Positions 61,490 through 64,000 of a stretch of 64,000 nt of DNA are shown piece after piece; position 1 is the stretch's first letter; every line of letters begins with the position of its first letter. A program made the position numbers and the translations under genes. This stretch comes from Bispira polyomma (taxonomy: Eukaryota). The stretch covers positions 24,986,001 through 25,050,000 of the forward strand of contig OZ287752.1 of NCBI GenBank assembly GCA_965649765.1, given 5' to 3'. Below the pieces are notes generated by a model that was not told where the DNA came from, ran no database searches, and saw only the letters and a list, made by a program, of their open reading frames with translations.

Positions 61490-62020
61490 ATCATTTCACA
61501 TGCTGAAATCTGACTCACGTGTGCAGGCAGAGGTTTAGAAGTGATTGAGAGAGTACAGGGTTGCTTCCTGCTTAGATACTAAAGGGAAAAATGCTTCTAC
61601 TTAAAAGTCCGGTAGATTTAGAGCTGGCATACATAAAGTTGAACTTAAAGTTGAAAGTGCAAAAAGGGTTCTTGCTGCAGTTCTGCAGGAGATGGAGAAA
61701 GGTAGATTAGACTGGGTAAATATTGAGACAGTTGAGAAAGTCAGAGCCCGAAATACTCAAAAAGTACCTTCTTTTCATACTAATGATACTAATGCAGTTA
61801 ATGTGAACAGACAGGTAGATTCTAGAGTGTGTGCATTATTCAACAAAAGCTCATGTAATCTTGAAAAAAAAAAAAATGTTACAAAGGGTACAAAGTACGA
61901 GCATTATTGCTCATAAAGAGACCCGTGGTAAAAAAAAAACATGAACACCCCATGAATAACTGCTTTAGTTACAAAAACGCCAATAAGGACTAGAACACAG
62001 AACAGCATGTTCAACACAAT
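61490..62020 (+). mobile_element. Ngaro gag fragment, interrupted by the Gypsy LTR
   Basis: KSGRFRAGIHKV..AAVLQEMEKGRLDW..VEKVRARNTQ..CALFNKSSC..VTKGTKYEHYC, a close match to 30378-31091. Confidence 0.85.
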
Positions 62021-62798
62021 TGTTACATATAAGGACATTGTAGTATGTTAAAGCACGCTGCTGGAGTGATCTATTTATAGATTTGGGGAAACCCCTAGGC
62101 TTCTAGAAACCCGTTCTATTTTGTTTCTGAAGGTTATTGAAGTTGTATTCATATGTGTATCTCATCTCTGGAATGGCCTAGCGATTGCTTACATATTCTA
62201 GAGCATTCTCTAGCAGTTGTATATATAAGGGTTGACAGCCTGGCCACAGACCAGAGAGTAATTGAGCAGAGGTGCTATATGAATTGCTATATGAACTGCT
62301 ATACATTTCTTTGTGGATATAAACTGATTACTACATATGTTTTTATGATGAACTCATTGGAGTGAACTGGATATAAAGTGTGGATCTACCAGAGATTGGA
62401 TTTGCTGCATATTGGATATTGTTTGCATCCTGGACTGGATATCTTAGTTGTGCAGACTCTCTGGATATATACATTTTGTGTTCGTGGACACTGAACGGAT
62501 AACAGGATACAGGCATTGTGTGGACATTGAGCGGATCTCAAGACAGATTGCTGGATACAGTGGACAAACTTGTTTTATTGTTACTTATGTGGACAAGACT
62601 GTGGTCAGGTCAGATTGGTTTAATTATTGTATTATTGTGTGAACTATTAAGGGTATCTCAGTTGACTGTAATTCTGTAATTCTGTAATTGTTATTTTATT
62701 TGTTAAATAAATTTGTTAAGCGAAATTTTTTGTCTTTTCCTGTTACAACCTTAAAGCAACCGGTAATTGCTACCGCGCTTGCTCCCGTGACCGTAACA
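62021..62798 (+). mobile_element. 5' LTR (778 bp) of a Gypsy element
   Basis: Begins TGTTAC and ends GTAACA (6-bp terminal inverted repeat); TATA-like tatatataag at ~62220; AATAAA at 62706; PBS follows. Confidence 0.8.
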
Positions 62799-62805
62799 GG
62801 AAAAT

Positions 62806-62823
62806 TGGGGGCTCGTCCGGGAT
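62806..62823 (+). promoter_or_regulatory. Primer-binding site, tRNA-Pro
   Basis: TGGGGGCTCGTCCGGGAT, the 18-nt complement of the tRNA-Pro 3' end (same sequence as the MLV PBS). Confidence 0.95.
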
Positions 62824-62909
62824 CTAACCATTTGATCTAACTATTTTTATAGCTTTTTGAAAAATCATTTATTTTGTTGAAAAATATATTACAGTCAACA
62901 GTGCTCAAA

Positions 62910-64000
62910 ATGGCTAGTGCTAAAGAGTTTATACAGTCACCATCTATTGAGGTTCTAGAAACTTTTAAAAAAGATATGTTAATGCAGATAACACAGGAAT
63001 TACAGTTAGATGTGAAAAAGTCAACACGTAAACATGAACTTAAAAGGCTTATTGTTGAACAGTTAGTTGATGAAGACCTTTTGCATGATAGTTGTTTAGA
63101 AGTGTATGAACCTCTGCCAATGGAACCTTCATGGCAATTTGAGATCAGGCGATTAGAAATTGAAAGAGAGCTAAAACTTAAAGAGCTTGAAGCTCAGCAA
63201 CAACAGAGAAAAGAAGAGCTCGAAGCTCAAAGGCGAAAAGAAGAGCTCGAAGCTCAAAGGCGAAAAGAAGAGCTTGAGGCTCAAAGGAGAAAAGAAGAGC
63301 TTGAGGCTCAAAGGCGAAAAGAAGAGCTTGAGCTTGAGGCTCAAAGGCGAAAAGAAGAGCTCGAAGCTCAAAAATTTGAAAAAGAGCTTGAACTTAAACA
63401 TGAAAGGGAAATGAAGGCTTTGGAACTCAATGCTCGCCGAATTGCCCATGAAGAGTCCATGGCAACCAAATTTGATTTGGGTAAAAATATGCGACTGGTA
63501 CCACCTTTCAGCGAGTCCGAAGTTGATAAATATTTTCAACACTTTGAACGAGTGGCTCAAAATTTGAAATGGCCCACAAACCAGTGGCCTTTATTGCTGC
63601 AAAGTGTTTTCAAAGGCAAAGCCCAAGAGGCATATACAGCTTTGCCAATTTCTGAATGTAGAGATTATGACTGTGTGAAAAATGCTATCTTGAAAGCATA
63701 TGAGTTGGTACCAGAAGCATATCGTCAAAAATTCAGACATTACCGTAAGCAAGAAAATCAAACTTATGTTGAATTTGCCCATGAAAAAGAAGTGTACTTT
63801 GACAGATGGTGTAATTCTAGAGAAGTTGGTACAGACTTTGAAAAGCTTAGGCAAGTCATTTTAATTGAGGAGTTCAAAAGGGGTGTTCGTGATGACATTA
63901 AAACCTATCTGGATAAACAGAAAGTAGAAAATTTGCAAAAAGCAGCAGCTTATGCTGATGATTATGCGCTGACTCACAAGTCCACTTTTAACAAGAGTAA
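62910..64000 (+). CDS. gag: Gypsy (Gmr1-like) gag, open to the end of the window
   Basis: ATG at 62910: MASAKEFIQSPS...coiled coil...LVPPFSESEVDKYFQHFERVA..LKWP..QWPLLLQSVFKGKAQEAY..DYDCVKNAILKAYELVPEAYRQKFR..LIEEFK..AAAYADDY. Missing from the ORF track because no stop falls in the window. Confidence 0.9.
   Translation, partial: MASAKEFIQSPSIEVLETFKKDMLMQITQELQLDVKKSTRKHELKRLIVEQLVDEDLLHDSCLEVYEPLPMEPSWQFEIRRLEIERELKLKELEAQQQQRKEELEAQRRKEELEAQRRKEELEAQRRKEELEAQRRKEELELEAQRRKEELEAQKFEKELELKHEREMKALELNARRIAHEESMATKFDLGKNMRLVPPFSESEVDKYFQHFERVAQNLKWPTNQWPLLLQSVFKGKAQEAYTALPISECRDYDCVKNAILKAYELVPEAYRQKFRHYRKQENQTYVEFAHEKEVYFDRWCNSREVGTDFEKLRQVILIEEFKRGVRDDIKTYLDKQKVENLQKAAAYADDYALTHKSTFNKS
63183..63372 (+). 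repeat. 27-bp coding tandem repeat (RKEELEAQR) in gag
   Basis: About 6 units of cgaaaagaagagctygargctcaaagg. Confidence 0.9.

Noticed and set aside
63171-63560. ORFs 63171-63560 (-) and 63187-63414 (+) with repetitive peptides
   Set aside because: Shadow frames of the 27-bp repeat inside the gag ORF.

Overview
AT-rich, intron-containing animal genomic DNA. The repeat types suggest an invertebrate, probably a lophotrochozoan or mollusc, but this is inference. The window holds two tandem, same-strand (+) paralogous single-pass receptor genes, which I reconstructed exon by exon from AG/GT boundaries and reading-frame continuity. Gene A (1175-15177, signal-peptide exon not found) encodes 7 Ig-like domains, FN3, an FN3-like domain, a TM helix and a short tail with four tyrosines, including an ITSM-type (TTYENV) and an ITIM-type (VTYEAI) motif. 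It has no kinase, and its first Ig exon carries a frameshift. Gene B (33359-56099, 21 coding exons, about 1549 aa) encodes a signal peptide, 9 Ig-like domains, FN3, an FN3-like domain, a TM helix, the same four-tyrosine module and a tyrosine-kinase-fold domain lacking the catalytic residues (HRD->HFC, DFG->GFD, alphaC E->Q), i.e. a receptor tyrosine pseudokinase. The two look like a 'paired receptor' locus: a shared, exon-shuffled ectodomain with different signalling tails. The rest is transposon-rich: a near full-length degenerate Ngaro/DIRS tyrosine-recombinase retrotransposon with a nested LINE, several Ngaro fragments, LINE fragments, tRNA-derived SINEs, a Helentron-like element, MITE-like repeats, and a young-looking Gmr1-like Gypsy element (LTR, tRNA-Pro PBS, open gag) running off the right edge.
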